Positions 10,328 through 21,006 of a stretch of DNA of 64,000 nt are shown in pieces. Each line of letters opens with the position of its first letter. Within the stretch, counting starts at the first letter, position 1. The notes under the pieces were generated by a model. That model was not told the origin of the DNA. It did no database searches and saw only the letters and a list, made by a program, of their open reading frames with translations. The DNA comes from Planctomycetota bacterium (GTDB lineage Bacteria > Planctomycetota > PLA2 > JAEUHO01): assembly GCA_965222115.1 (NCBI GenBank), contig CBDCTJ010000007.1, positions 1,344,001 through 1,408,000 of the forward strand, in the 5' to 3' direction. Both the position numbers and the translations under genes were made by a program.

Positions 10328-11800
10328 ATGACGAAACCCACGCTCCGCGAGCGGCGCCTCGGCCAATGCCAGCGCGCCATTCATTATTACTTCAAAGATC
10401 CCTCGTTGCTCGACACTGCGCTCACGCACTCGTCCCTGCGTGCTCCAGATAGAGAATGCAACGAGCGCCTCGAGTTTCTCGGCGATTCGGTATTGGGCAT
10501 GGTCATCACCGAGGAGCTTTATCGTCGCCTACCTCAAGAAAGCGAGGGTGACCTCACTCGGATTAAGTCGGCCACGGTGTCACGCGCGTCGCTTCATGAT
10601 GCAGCCGAGCGCTTGAAGCTTGCCGATGTGATGGAGATTGCTCGCGGTGTTGGCCGTCGCGACGCCTTGCCCGCCAGTGTGCTTGCCAATGTGTTTGAGA
10701 GCGTGATTGGCGCCATTTACCTGGATGGCGGCTACTACCCGGCGCGCGAGTTTGTGCTCAAGCACCTCGGCCCGGAACTTGAGAACGAAATCGTCGATCG
10801 CGGTGCGAGCAACTACAAGAGTCACTTGCAGCAGATGGTGCAGCAGCTGAGCGGGTTTGCCCCGTCGTATCGAACATTGGAAGAAGACGGTCCCGATCAC
10901 GACAAGACCTTTGTCGTTGCCGCGCGCTTTGAAGGTCGCGAGTGGGGACGCGCCTCCGGCACAACTAAGAAGGAAGCGCAACAGGAGGCCGCGCGTCTTG
11001 CGCTTGATGCCTATCGTGCTGAACACATCGAAGACGATGACGAGCAGGATACGCGCAAGCCCCGTAGGCGCCGGTCACGCCGTCGCAGGCGCAGTGACGA
11101 TGACGAGACGCCTCATAGGACCGAGCCGCACGAGGCCGAGGCACCGGTTGAGGAAGTCGAGTCGGTACAAGCGACTGACGAAATCGAAGTTCGTTCGCCG
11201 CGTAGACGAACCCGCAAGCCGCGGGACGTGGAGGCCGCGCCCATCCCCTATTCCGATGCGCCACGAACGCCTCGCAAACGTCGTAAGCGAATGACCGCAG
11301 CAGAACGCGCCAAAGCCGAAAAGCATCCCCCTGTAGAGCCGCTCGTTACGCCTGATGACGACGTGCCAGATGCCATAGAGAAAAAGCCCGCGCGTCGGAC
11401 GCAAACCTCGCGTGAATCGACGCCGCCCCCATCGAGTTCTCATCGTGCGGACGCCACCACGACAGCCCGAGACGAAACAGAGCCGATGATCGACGCCACG
11501 GATGGGAACGCGCCCGAGTCCACGCGCAACGAACCGGTTGACGACTTTGGCGCCGGCATCGATCTCGATGACGTGCCCGCCAAAACGAGGCCGGCAAAGA
11601 AGAAGCGCGCCAAACGAGCGAAGAAGGCCAAGAAGCGCAAAGCGAAGGCGGCGAAGAAGCGCGCGCGCAGGACGGCGACGTCACGCAAGAAACAGGCCTC
11701 GACCTCTTCGTCGAGCAAGGCGGTACCTGCCAAGAAAGCAAAGGCCGATCCGGCTCCCAAACCGGCGGACGACGACGGGTTTGGTGCAGGCATTTTGTAG
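10328..11800 (+). CDS. rnc: Ribonuclease III with long low-complexity C-terminal extension
   Basis: ALTHSS, NERLEFLGD, FESVIGAIYLD and a dsRBD (NYKS.LQ..GPDH.K.F..KKEAQQ.AA), followed by a charged tail. Confidence 0.93.
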   Translation: MTKPTLRERRLGQCQRAIHYYFKDPSLLDTALTHSSLRAPDRECNERLEFLGDSVLGMVITEELYRRLPQESEGDLTRIKSATVSRASLHDAAERLKLADVMEIARGVGRRDALPASVLANVFESVIGAIYLDGGYYPAREFVLKHLGPELENEIVDRGASNYKSHLQQMVQQLSGFAPSYRTLEEDGPDHDKTFVVAARFEGREWGRASGTTKKEAQQEAARLALDAYRAEHIEDDDEQDTRKPRRRRSRRRRRSDDDETPHRTEPHEAEAPVEEVESVQATDEIEVRSPRRRTRKPRDVEAAPIPYSDAPRTPRKRRKRMTAAERAKAEKHPPVEPLVTPDDDVPDAIEKKPARRTQTSRESTPPPSSSHRADATTTARDETEPMIDATDGNAPESTRNEPVDDFGAGIDLDDVPAKTRPAKKKRAKRAKKAKKRKAKAAKKRARRTATSRKKQASTSSSSKAVPAKKAKADPAPKPADDDGFGAGIL

Positions 11801-11854
11801 AGCGAACGCTCGTTTACGATCTGACAAGCCGTTGTCGCTATCGAGTGGGTTGCC

Positions 11855-14800
11855 ATGGATCGCTTGCTCACTCAGGAACGAGATGCACTCGCTCGCGCGT
11901 GGAAGGAGCGCGGTGCAACACTTGAGACGCCACTCCATGTAGCGGGGCTCTATGGCGCCAGCATGGGGCTGGCTGTCGCAGCACTTGCCGAAGTGCATCG
12001 TACGGTTGTGGTTATCACCGCCGACTACCGCGTTTCGGATGCGTTGCGCGTTGACCTCGGTGTGTTTTCGAATCGCGAGCCGCAGCTTTTGCGCGCATGG
12101 CCGCGCACGGAAGGCCGAAGTCCCGATGCCGATGTCGTGGTCTCGCGTGCGCGTGTACTGCATTCGCTCCACGCGAAAGATCACGAAGACCGCGGCCCCG
12201 CGCTTGTCATTGCACCCTTGGCGGCACTCGTGCAACCCGTGCCCACCGCACGTGTGTTTCGCGCCGGGCTCTTGACGCTATCCACCGGTCAAGAAGTCGC
12301 CATGCAAGTGCTTCAAGAGCATTTGGCCACTGCAGGTTTTGCCCGTGTCGGCGCCGTGAGTGCGCCGGGCGAGTTTGCATCGCGTGGTGGCATTTTGGAT
12401 GTTTGGCCGTGGGAAACCCCAGATCCTATGCGGTTGGAGTTCTTCGGGGACGAGATCGAGTCTATTCGCCATCTCGACGCCTCGTCGCAACGCAGCGGCG
12501 AGACCGTCGAACAAACAATATGGAGTGTCTTGCCGCCCGAGCAGTTGCGGCATCCCGTGGGCCAAGCCCGGGCGTCGTTGTTGGATCATTTTACCGATCA
12601 CGGCATGACGTTGATGGTCGAGCCCGACGCGATTGTGGGCGCCGCCACGTCCTATCGCACCAGCGAAGGGCTCGGTGCCGAGGCACGGATTTCGGAACTC
12701 GAGCGCAAGCTAGCCGAACGCCCGGTGACCATGCTCGCGCAGACGCCCGATCTCGCCGAGAACGTTTGCGCTGTAGACATTGGAACGGTGGATACGCTTC
12801 GGGGAATTGCGCTACGTGCTGCGTTGCGCGCTGAGGATCGCGACGCCGATGCCCGCGCGATTCGAATTGTCCGCGCGTTTGGCGAGGTTGCCGACGCGTG
12901 CGACAGGCTCGTGATTTATCGACGTGCGGTTGGTGAAGAAGAACGCTTGCGTGAGCTTCTAGCGCCGCTTGGACTCGAGCAGCGCATGACGTTTGTCGCT
13001 GGTGCAATCTCGCGTTCGTTTGTGCACCGAGCTACGAGCACGGCTCACATTGCTTACGATGACCTTGCCGACATCGCACTGCGAGAGCGACTTGGCGCGG
13101 CGCCCCAAACACCCGCGCGACCCATTCGCGATTTTCTTGAGTTGGAAGTGGGGGGCTTGGTGGTGCACTTGCACCACGGCATCGGCATCTTTCGCGGGCT
13201 CGACACGATTGAAGGGCCCGATGGCACCGGCCAGTACTTCAAGGTGGAATTCGCTGAAGGCACAACGGTATACGTTCCGGTGGCGCGCGTGGATTTGGTG
13301 CAGCGCTATGTCGGTACGGGTCGAAGACCCAAGCTCAGCAAGTTGGGCGGGCAGGAATGGACCCGGCGTAAGAAGAAGGTCACCGAGGCCGTTGAGGATT
13401 TGGCCGACGACTTGCTCGAAACGCAAGCTGCGCGCGCTTGCCGTCGTGGGCATGCCTATCCACCGGATGGCGAATGGCAAGAAGAGTTCGACGCCGCCTT
13501 TCCCCATGACGACACACCGGATCAAACGGTGGCCATTCAGGCGATCAAACAAGATCTTCAAGGCGAACGGCCCATGGACCGTTTGCTTTGTGGTGATGTG
13601 GGCTATGGCAAGACCGAAGTTGCCTTGCGTGCAATTTTCAAAGTGATTGCGTCGGGCAAGCAGGCCGCGGTGTTGGTGCCCACCAAGGTGCTGGCCCAGC
13701 AGCACGCCCGCGTGTTTCAACAGCGACTCGCGCCCTACCCACTCACCATTCGCGTCTTGTCGGGTCTGCGCACCCATCGCGAGAACCGTGAGACGGTTGC
13801 GGGACTCATCGATGGCTCGGTGGATGTTGTCATTGGCACACACCGGCTTCTCAGCAAAGACGTGGCCTTCAAAAATCTTGGGCTCGTGGTCGTGGACGAA
13901 GAGCAGCGGTTTGGCGTGAAGCACAAAGAGCGCATCAAGTCGTTTCGACCCGACGTGGATTTGCTCACGCTTTCCGCAACACCGATTCCACGCACCTTGC
14001 ACATGGCACTTTTGGGGATTCGCGACATTAGCAATCTCACCACACCGCCTCTCGGTCGCCACGCCATCGATACCGTGGTCACGCGTGAAAGCGATGAAGT
14101 CGTTCAGGCGGCCATCCAGCGTGAACTGGATCGTGGGGGTCAGATCTTTCTGGTGAACAGTCGCATCAAAGAACTTCCGTCGGTGGGTTCATGGCTATTG
14201 CGACTCGTCCCCGAACTACGCTTGACCAACATTCACGGCCAAATGGACAAGAAACTCGTCGAGGATCGGCTCATGCGTTTCGTGCGCGGCGATGTGGATC
14301 TCTTGCTCGCGACCACCATCATCGAATCCGGCCTCGACATCCCCAACGCCAACACCATTATTGTTCGCGACGCCGATCGTTACGGTTTGGCCGAACTGCA
14401 CCAGCTTCGTGGTCGCGTCGGGCGCGAGCGACGGCGCGCGCACGCATTGTTGTTGCTGCCACGTGGTCGCACGGTTCGCGGCGAGGCGCAAGAACGCCTT
14501 CGCGCCATTGAGGAGTACAGCGAACTTGGGGCGGGTTTCCGTATCGCCATGCGCGACTTGGAGATACGCGGCGCGGGCAATATTCTTGGTGCCAAACAGT
14601 CCGGGCACATCGCCTCGGTGGGCTACGAGTTGTATTGCAAGTTGCTTGCCGATGCCGTTGCGAACGCAAAGGGCAAGGGCGACCGTACGCCTTCACTCGC
14701 CTATCTCGCGGTAGACGTTCCGGCGGGCATACCGCTTGACTACGTAGCCGATCGCCGCGAACAGTTTCATCTCTTTCGTCGCATCTCGACGGTGGCCGCG

Positions 14801-15154
14801 CTTGATGACCTTCAAGAGTTGCGGCGTGAGTTTGAAGATCGTTTCGGCAAACTGCCCGATGATGTCGAGCGGCTGCTGGTCGGCCAGCGCGCTCGTTGCG
14901 AGTTTGGGGCGCTCGGCGTGGAGCGAATTGCGCCGGGGCCCGACGACGTGAGCGGCCTCATTCTTCACGGCGCGGTCCACGTGATGGATCGCATGCGAGG
15001 GATCTTTCGTGCCGCACGACGACTTTCGCCCACCAGTACGTTTATTCCGCTCGACGAGCCGCGCGATTCCGGACTGCCCCCTGCCGATCAACTCCTGCGC
15101 CGTCTCGTGACGCGACTGAACCGCGCGCGCGATCGCACCTCACGCCAACAATAG
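11855..15154 (+). CDS. mfd: Transcription-repair coupling factor
   Basis: RGGILD, VVH..HGIG, GDVGYGKTEVA, DEEQRFGV, TATPIPRT-like motif, QLRGRVGR and DLEIRGAGN motifs. Confidence 0.97.
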   Translation: MDRLLTQERDALARAWKERGATLETPLHVAGLYGASMGLAVAALAEVHRTVVVITADYRVSDALRVDLGVFSNREPQLLRAWPRTEGRSPDADVVVSRARVLHSLHAKDHEDRGPALVIAPLAALVQPVPTARVFRAGLLTLSTGQEVAMQVLQEHLATAGFARVGAVSAPGEFASRGGILDVWPWETPDPMRLEFFGDEIESIRHLDASSQRSGETVEQTIWSVLPPEQLRHPVGQARASLLDHFTDHGMTLMVEPDAIVGAATSYRTSEGLGAEARISELERKLAERPVTMLAQTPDLAENVCAVDIGTVDTLRGIALRAALRAEDRDADARAIRIVRAFGEVADACDRLVIYRRAVGEEERLRELLAPLGLEQRMTFVAGAISRSFVHRATSTAHIAYDDLADIALRERLGAAPQTPARPIRDFLELEVGGLVVHLHHGIGIFRGLDTIEGPDGTGQYFKVEFAEGTTVYVPVARVDLVQRYVGTGRRPKLSKLGGQEWTRRKKKVTEAVEDLADDLLETQAARACRRGHAYPPDGEWQEEFDAAFPHDDTPDQTVAIQAIKQDLQGERPMDRLLCGDVGYGKTEVALRAIFKVIASGKQAAVLVPTKVLAQQHARVFQQRLAPYPLTIRVLSGLRTHRENRETVAGLIDGSVDVVIGTHRLLSKDVAFKNLGLVVVDEEQRFGVKHKERIKSFRPDVDLLTLSATPIPRTLHMALLGIRDISNLTTPPLGRHAIDTVVTRESDEVVQAAIQRELDRGGQIFLVNSRIKELPSVGSWLLRLVPELRLTNIHGQMDKKLVEDRLMRFVRGDVDLLLATTIIESGLDIPNANTIIVRDADRYGLAELHQLRGRVGRERRRAHALLLLPRGRTVRGEAQERLRAIEEYSELGAGFRIAMRDLEIRGAGNILGAKQSGHIASVGYELYCKLLADAVANAKGKGDRTPSLAYLAVDVPAGIPLDYVADRREQFHLFRRISTVAALDDLQELRREFEDRFGKLPDDVERLLVGQRARCEFGALGVERIAPGPDDVSGLILHGAVHVMDRMRGIFRAARRLSPTSTFIPLDEPRDSGLPPADQLLRRLVTRLNRARDRTSRQQ

Positions 15155-15241
15155 CTACCGAGCACGGTTTTCGTCTCCCTCCGGTCATTCACACGAAAAG
15201 GAACGCGCAGGATCCGTCGGGGTGGCGCGTATTGTGGTGCC

Positions 15242-16492
15242 ATGACCACTTGCCACTTCCGCTGCGTGATCATGGGGGCCGCGCTTGCGTGTGCCTTCAC
15301 CGCGTGTTCCAACCGCCTCGGCAGCGAAAACGCCCCGTCGCCCATTCCCGCCGAGTACCTCGACGCGGTGCAACGCGGTGAACGCGTGGATATCGACGAA
15401 CAGGGGTCGTTGGTGCCGCGCGTGCGCCGCAATGCGGGCGAGGCCACGGTCGATGAGTTCCTTGCACGTGTGGGCGACAATGTGCTTACCCGGCGCGCCG
15501 TCATGCGTCGCCTTCGTGTCGATCCCGCGGAAATGGGGTCGGAAGAGATCGAAGAAGAAGTTCAGAACGAGCGACTCAAGTGGGCGTCCTTGCAACTGTT
15601 TATCAATGGATTTAAGCAGGCAGGGCTCACCATCTCACCCAGCAAGCTCGATGGATTCGTCGATTCCCACATGAAACGCACGCTGGAGCGCGAGTCGGAG
15701 CGTGTCGGCGAGCCCATCACGCGCGAACGCTACCTTCGCGAAAAAGAAATGACCTGGGATGACTTTCGTCGCGATGCGCGTGAGCAGTTTCAAAAGGAAC
15801 TGTATGTCCGCTACAAACTCAATGGCCTCGGTGGACCGATTCGCGCCGAAGTCGATGCCCACGTTACGCCAGCGGAAGTGCGCAGCGTCTACTTCAACAA
15901 TCCCGAAGCCTGGAATGAACCCAGCCAGATTCGCATTGTGATCTTCCAGATCTTCGTGAAAGGACTCGCCGACGAAGAACACACGATTGTCGAGTGGGAA
16001 GCGTTGGCAGAACGACGGGCCGAAGGGCTCGCGCGACTCTTTCGTCAGGGCGTGGATCCCGAACGCTTGGAAGCGCACTACCAACTCGACCAAGAAGACA
16101 TGGGAACCATGTCACTCATGCCCAAGCTGGCGCCAACCGAGGCCATCGTCAGAAATCTACCCAGCAAGCAATTTCGCGATTGGGTCATGGCACCCGGTCG
16201 GCAGCCGCGCGACGTCACAATCATGAAGGACGGGCGCGGGCCGGTCATCATCGGCATTCTCGAGATGAACACCGGTCGCGTGGTTCCCTTTGATGAGGCC
16301 TACCCCAAGATTGAGCAATTGATCAAGAATGGTCAACGTGCCAACTTGGAAGCCCGCATGTTGATCGACATGATTCGTGAGGGCGTGGCCATTGACCCGC
16401 CGGAATTGGCCGACGAACTGCTCGACGAGGCTTATCGACTTCGCTCCGTAATTCGTTCGCATAAGGTTTTGAAGAAGTCACGTCTCCGATGA
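15242..16492 (+). CDS. SurA/parvulin-like lipoprotein chaperone
   Basis: Lipobox-like FTAC, SurA N-domain-like helices (VT.AEV..Y..N...), and position after mfd. Confidence 0.6.
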   Translation: MTTCHFRCVIMGAALACAFTACSNRLGSENAPSPIPAEYLDAVQRGERVDIDEQGSLVPRVRRNAGEATVDEFLARVGDNVLTRRAVMRRLRVDPAEMGSEEIEEEVQNERLKWASLQLFINGFKQAGLTISPSKLDGFVDSHMKRTLERESERVGEPITRERYLREKEMTWDDFRRDAREQFQKELYVRYKLNGLGGPIRAEVDAHVTPAEVRSVYFNNPEAWNEPSQIRIVIFQIFVKGLADEEHTIVEWEALAERRAEGLARLFRQGVDPERLEAHYQLDQEDMGTMSLMPKLAPTEAIVRNLPSKQFRDWVMAPGRQPRDVTIMKDGRGPVIIGILEMNTGRVVPFDEAYPKIEQLIKNGQRANLEARMLIDMIREGVAIDPPELADELLDEAYRLRSVIRSHKVLKKSRLR

Positions 16493-17616
16493 GCGATGAT
16501 GCGCGCATGAATGCGCCTCACGAGTCGCCTCTCGAGGCATCGGTACATGATGAGTCATCCCAGCGAGGTGCGAAACGCATTGCCATTTCGCTAGCCGTGC
16601 TCCTCGCGTTGGTTGCGGTGGGGGCGGCGGTACGTGCGGTCATGATGGGTGCCGGCGAAGGGCGACTGTCGTTGACCGAACTGTCGAAGACTTCTCACTA
16701 TCCGGCCGCGCGCATCGAGCCTGCACGTGTGCTCGTGGAGCAACTCGCGGGCGGACTCCTTGCGTGTCAAACAACGGACGGTGGATTTCGCCCCGAAGCA
16801 AAACTCAGTTCCACGTTTGGTCATTCACTGGATCGTTTGGCGGCCACAGCATTGGCCGCCGTGTCCTTGGAAGCGGCCAAGGCCTACTGCCACGCCGATC
16901 GACAGGCGGAGATCGATCGATCGGTCGCGTCGGCGATTGCATTTCTAAAGAAGCATCAACAGGATCACGGTGCCATCGGTCGTTACGTGGAAACGCGCCG
17001 CTGGTCGCAAGTTGAGGCGACGGTCGGCGGTGTACTTGCGTTGGCGTTGGCGGACGGCAACGAACATCACGATGCATTGAAGCGTGCGGCAAAGGCGTTG
17101 GTGCCCATGGCACGGCAGGGACTTCGAAATGGATGGCCACGTGGTCTCAACGCGATGGCGATCGAGTGGATCGTGCGCCGAGAACTGGGGGACATCTTTG
17201 GCGTTCCGGCACGCGAGTTGGTCGAAGCGCGGCGAGTCACCAAGATGCCCAAGGACGCGGGGACGTCGTATCGCGATCAGAATATGGCCGAGGCGATTTC
17301 GCGTACGGTGCTCGGTGTAGACCGAGGCGTCGGCGCATTTCCTAGGCAGATGGCCGACGTGTTGATCGAGGAGAAGCCGTCGTGGAACGGCCAAGCAACG
17401 AGCCTTCCCACGTGGTGGATGGAGGCGTGGCTCGTCGCGCGACTCGGGCGAGAGGGGGCGAGCGCGTGGTTTGATGCCATGGCCGACGCGCTGATCGAGT
17501 GGGTAGACAAAGATGATCTCATCCCCGGGGGATGGGACGCACCGCCGCTCATGCAGACCGCGACCGCAATACTTGCGCTTCGCGAAGGATTCGCGCGCGG
17601 CGATGCCGCTCGATAG
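16489..17616 (+). CDS. Membrane-anchored prenyltransferase/squalene oxidase repeat-like (alpha/alpha barrel) protein
   Basis: TM helix, 'L...Q..DGGF' and 'FL..HQ..HG' repeats, C-terminal TATAILAL. Confidence 0.6.
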   Translation: MSDDARMNAPHESPLEASVHDESSQRGAKRIAISLAVLLALVAVGAAVRAVMMGAGEGRLSLTELSKTSHYPAARIEPARVLVEQLAGGLLACQTTDGGFRPEAKLSSTFGHSLDRLAATALAAVSLEAAKAYCHADRQAEIDRSVASAIAFLKKHQQDHGAIGRYVETRRWSQVEATVGGVLALALADGNEHHDALKRAAKALVPMARQGLRNGWPRGLNAMAIEWIVRRELGDIFGVPARELVEARRVTKMPKDAGTSYRDQNMAEAISRTVLGVDRGVGAFPRQMADVLIEEKPSWNGQATSLPTWWMEAWLVARLGREGASAWFDAMADALIEWVDKDDLIPGGWDAPPLMQTATAILALREGFARGDAAR

Positions 17617-17969
17617 TTAATGCGTAGTAAGTATTTAGTCTGTCCGTGTTGGCGAGCCGTCGAATATTTGCGGCGCGGATGAACCGCTCCCGTCTGGGCG
17701 CGTTGGATTGATTGTCGGCATCGGCCTACAATCTGGTCCTACCCGTTTCGTGCTCGCGTCTTGCGTCATTCGATTTCAAGTCGGCTGATTCTTGTGCGTG
17801 AGTTCCGTTCACCAGATGGACGCATGCGTTGGCAGGCGCGGGCGTTTTGGTCATGCTGACGAAACGAATGATCTACAGAATTAGGTGATGCTGTGAACTG
17901 TTTCGTGCGGCGCCGGAAACGGCTTCGCCGACGGTGTATGGCACAGACCTTTCGGGAGAACCATTTCCC

Positions 17970-19571
17970 ATGCCACGACATGAACGCGTTCATCACCGCG
18001 ATGCATTCGCCCCCCAAGGCGACTTCAATGAGCAGCTCTACCTTGCGCTCAAGCAGAGTCCCTGGTGGATGATCAGCATATTGCTCCACGTCGCCGTGTT
18101 CCTCATCGCCTCGATGTTTGCCAACGTCAAGGCCGATCCACCGCCCAAGAAGTTGATCCAGGCCTCTCACGTTGAAGAGTTCGAAGAAGAACCGCCCGAG
18201 ACGGAAGAGGACACCGAAGAAGTCCACGAGCAAGAGACCGTGGCCGAAGAGCCGGTGATCAAAGACGAAGAGATCGCCGACCACCCTGAGACCGACAACG
18301 ACCTTCCGTACGAAGAGTCTTTCGGTGAGTCAGAAGGCAACTCCGACGCCCCATTTGAAGGCCCGGCCAACAACGGCACCATCGGTATTGGCGGTGGCGG
18401 TGGCGGTGCGTTCAGGGGGCGCGGCGGTAGCAAAGACACTGGAACTGGCGGCGGTGGAAAGAAGAAGTTCGACGACGCTGTGGATGACGCCCTCAAGTGG
18501 CTCGCGGCGCACCAGAGCCCCAACGGTGGTTGGGAAGCGGCGGCGTTCCGCAACTGGTGTGACGGCAAGCTCGTCGATGACGAATCCAAGAAGCCCGACG
18601 GTGTTGGCAAAGCCCACTACGACCCGGGTGTTTCCGGTCTTTCGCTGTGTGCATTCCTGGGCGCGGGTTACACCAACCGCGGAAAGCACCCCTTCGCCCG
18701 CGTTGTGGGTAAGGGCTTGCGCTACTTGAAGAAGAAGCAGGACGCCGAAGGATGCTTTGGTCCTCGCTCCACGCAGCAATACACCTATAACCACGCGACG
18801 TGTTCCTTGGCCATGGTGGAAGCCTTCGGTATGACGGGCAGCGCGATCTACAAGAGTTCCGCGCAGAAGTGTCTCGACTTCATCGCGCTTTGCCGCAACC
18901 CCTACTTCGCTTGGCGTTACGGCATCCGCACGGGTGAGAATGACACGTCGGTTACGGGCTGGATGATGATGGCACTCAAGAGCGCTAGCCTAATCAACAA
19001 GTATGCGATCAAGCGCGGCAAGCCCGCTCCTCTCGTCTATGACGAGTCGGCGTTTGAGGGCATTCGGGCTTGGCTCGATAAGGTGACCGATCCCGACTAC
19101 GGTCGTGTGGGCTACGTCACCCGCGGCACGCCGCCGGCGCGACCGCCCGAGCTTCAGGACCGATTCCCGCCTGAAAAGTCCGAGTCAATGACGGGCGTGG
19201 GCATGTTGGCACGCATCTTCATGGGCGAGGACCCCCGCAAGAGCAAGATCATCAAGCTTGGTGCAGAACTCTGCCTCAAGACGGCGCCCACGTGGAACCC
19301 AAGCGATGGTTCCATCGACATGTACTACTGGTACTACGCCACGTTGGCCATGTTCCAGGCTGGCGGCAAGTACTGGAAGGGCTGGGAGTCGGCCATGACG
19401 AAAGCATTCCTCCCGTCTCAGCACAAGAAGACCACCTACTGCGAGCTCAAGGGCTCGTGGGATCCCATCGGCCCCTGGGGTCCCGATGGCGGTCGTGTCT
19501 ACAGCACGGCGGTGATGGCCATGTGCTTGCAGGTGCTCTATCGCTACGACAAGGTGATTGGTACGAAGTAG
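17970..19571 (+). CDS. Prenyltransferase/squalene oxidase repeat protein (Planctomycete type)
   Basis: 'PWW.ISILLH' anchor, acidic and Gly-rich linker, LKWLAAHQSPNGGW, DTSVTGW, YYWYY and GGRVYSTA. Confidence 0.85.
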   Translation: MPRHERVHHRDAFAPQGDFNEQLYLALKQSPWWMISILLHVAVFLIASMFANVKADPPPKKLIQASHVEEFEEEPPETEEDTEEVHEQETVAEEPVIKDEEIADHPETDNDLPYEESFGESEGNSDAPFEGPANNGTIGIGGGGGGAFRGRGGSKDTGTGGGGKKKFDDAVDDALKWLAAHQSPNGGWEAAAFRNWCDGKLVDDESKKPDGVGKAHYDPGVSGLSLCAFLGAGYTNRGKHPFARVVGKGLRYLKKKQDAEGCFGPRSTQQYTYNHATCSLAMVEAFGMTGSAIYKSSAQKCLDFIALCRNPYFAWRYGIRTGENDTSVTGWMMMALKSASLINKYAIKRGKPAPLVYDESAFEGIRAWLDKVTDPDYGRVGYVTRGTPPARPPELQDRFPPEKSESMTGVGMLARIFMGEDPRKSKIIKLGAELCLKTAPTWNPSDGSIDMYYWYYATLAMFQAGGKYWKGWESAMTKAFLPSQHKKTTYCELKGSWDPIGPWGPDGGRVYSTAVMAMCLQVLYRYDKVIGTK

Positions 19572-19608
19572 AAGAATCGAACAACAGGTCGATTCAAGCA
19601 TACGCGTT

Positions 19609-19645
19609 CGACGCGGGGTGATTCGCCCCGCGTCGTTTGCGTTTT
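19609..19645 (+). terminator. Putative intrinsic terminator
   Basis: CGACGCGGGG/CCCCGCGTCG stem followed by TTTGCGTTTT, just after the stop codon. Confidence 0.65.
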
Positions 19646-19712
19646 GGGGAGTCGCGAGCACGCACCCTCGGCCACCGGTTGCGGCTGTAGAGGTTCGCGG
19701 TACACAGGACGC

Positions 19713-20903
19713 ATGCCAATCAGTCGCGCCATTGCCGATGCCATGAAGGGATCTTCGTGGATCCGAAAGATGTTTGAAGAGGGGATACGGCTCAAGGCGA
19801 AGTTGGGTGTGGACAAGGTGGCCGACCTGAGTCTTGGCAATCCCGTCATGGAGCCACCGCCAGCATTCAAGGCACGGCTCACAGAACTCGCTACGAGCAA
19901 CGACGCGGGCATGCACCGCTACATGCCAAATGCTGGCTTCCCCGCCGCACGCGAAGCCCTCGCGGCTTATCTCAGGCAGCGCACGGGCGTAGGGTACGAC
20001 GCAAGCGCCATCGTCATGACGGTGGGCGCCGGTGGCGGGCTCAACGTCATCATGAAAGGGTTGCTCGATCCTGGTGACGAAGTCATTTGCCTCACACCGT
20101 TCTTTGTGGAGTACCGCTTCTACATTACGAATCACGGCGGTGAGATGGTTCTGGTCCCTACGACCGACCAGTTCCTTCCCGACATCGACGCGATTCGCGC
20201 TGCGATCACGCCCCGCACGCGCGCCGTACTCGTCAACTCACCCAACAATCCAACGGGCGTGGTTTATGGAACAAGGGACTACGACGGGCTTGCTTCACTT
20301 CTGACGGAAGTGTCCAAAGAACACGGTCGCCCGATCTATCTCATTTCGGATGAACCCTACCGCGCCATTTCCTACGATGGCGTAGACGTCCCGTGGCCCG
20401 TGAAGCACTACGCCAATACGATTCACGTCACGTCGTTTTCCAAAGACTTGGCCATTCCCGGCGAACGCATTGGGTACATTGCCGTGAATCCAGCCACGGA
20501 ACACGGCGAAGAACTCGCGGGCGCATTCACGTTCGCCAATCGCATTTTGGGATTCGTCAACGCACCCGCGCTCCAGCAGCGGCTTGTGGCCGGTCTCCTC
20601 GAAACGCAGATTGACCTCTCCGGTTACGTCGCGAAGCGCAGACGACTACTCGACGCACTTACCGATTCCGGCTACGACTTCGTTCGACCCGATGGCGCGT
20701 TCTACCTCTTTCCACGCGTGCCCACCGCAGACGCAGACGACGTTGCCTTCGTAAAACTCTGCCTCGAAGAACGCCTCCTCGTTGTCCCCGGTTCCGGTTT
20801 CGGTTGCTCCGGCCACTTCCGCATGTCCTATGCGGTCCGCGATCTCGACATCGACTTAGCCGTTGAAGCCCTCAAACGCGTCATGAACCGCATTCGTAGC
20901 TAG
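19713..20903 (+). CDS. PLP-dependent class I/II (aspartate) aminotransferase
   Basis: SWIRKMFE, LGNP, NSPNNPTG, SDEPY, SFSK..PGERIG motifs. Confidence 0.93.
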   Translation: MPISRAIADAMKGSSWIRKMFEEGIRLKAKLGVDKVADLSLGNPVMEPPPAFKARLTELATSNDAGMHRYMPNAGFPAAREALAAYLRQRTGVGYDASAIVMTVGAGGGLNVIMKGLLDPGDEVICLTPFFVEYRFYITNHGGEMVLVPTTDQFLPDIDAIRAAITPRTRAVLVNSPNNPTGVVYGTRDYDGLASLLTEVSKEHGRPIYLISDEPYRAISYDGVDVPWPVKHYANTIHVTSFSKDLAIPGERIGYIAVNPATEHGEELAGAFTFANRILGFVNAPALQQRLVAGLLETQIDLSGYVAKRRRLLDALTDSGYDFVRPDGAFYLFPRVPTADADDVAFVKLCLEERLLVVPGSGFGCSGHFRMSYAVRDLDIDLAVEALKRVMNRIRS

Positions 20904-21006
20904 TCGTTTAGCATCTGTGCGTTCGTTCTTCGCGTTTGGCGTGTATACTGTCACTTCACACCGAGCCCGTTTCCGATCCGACCCGAATTCAGAGCGGAGC
21001 GCCGAT

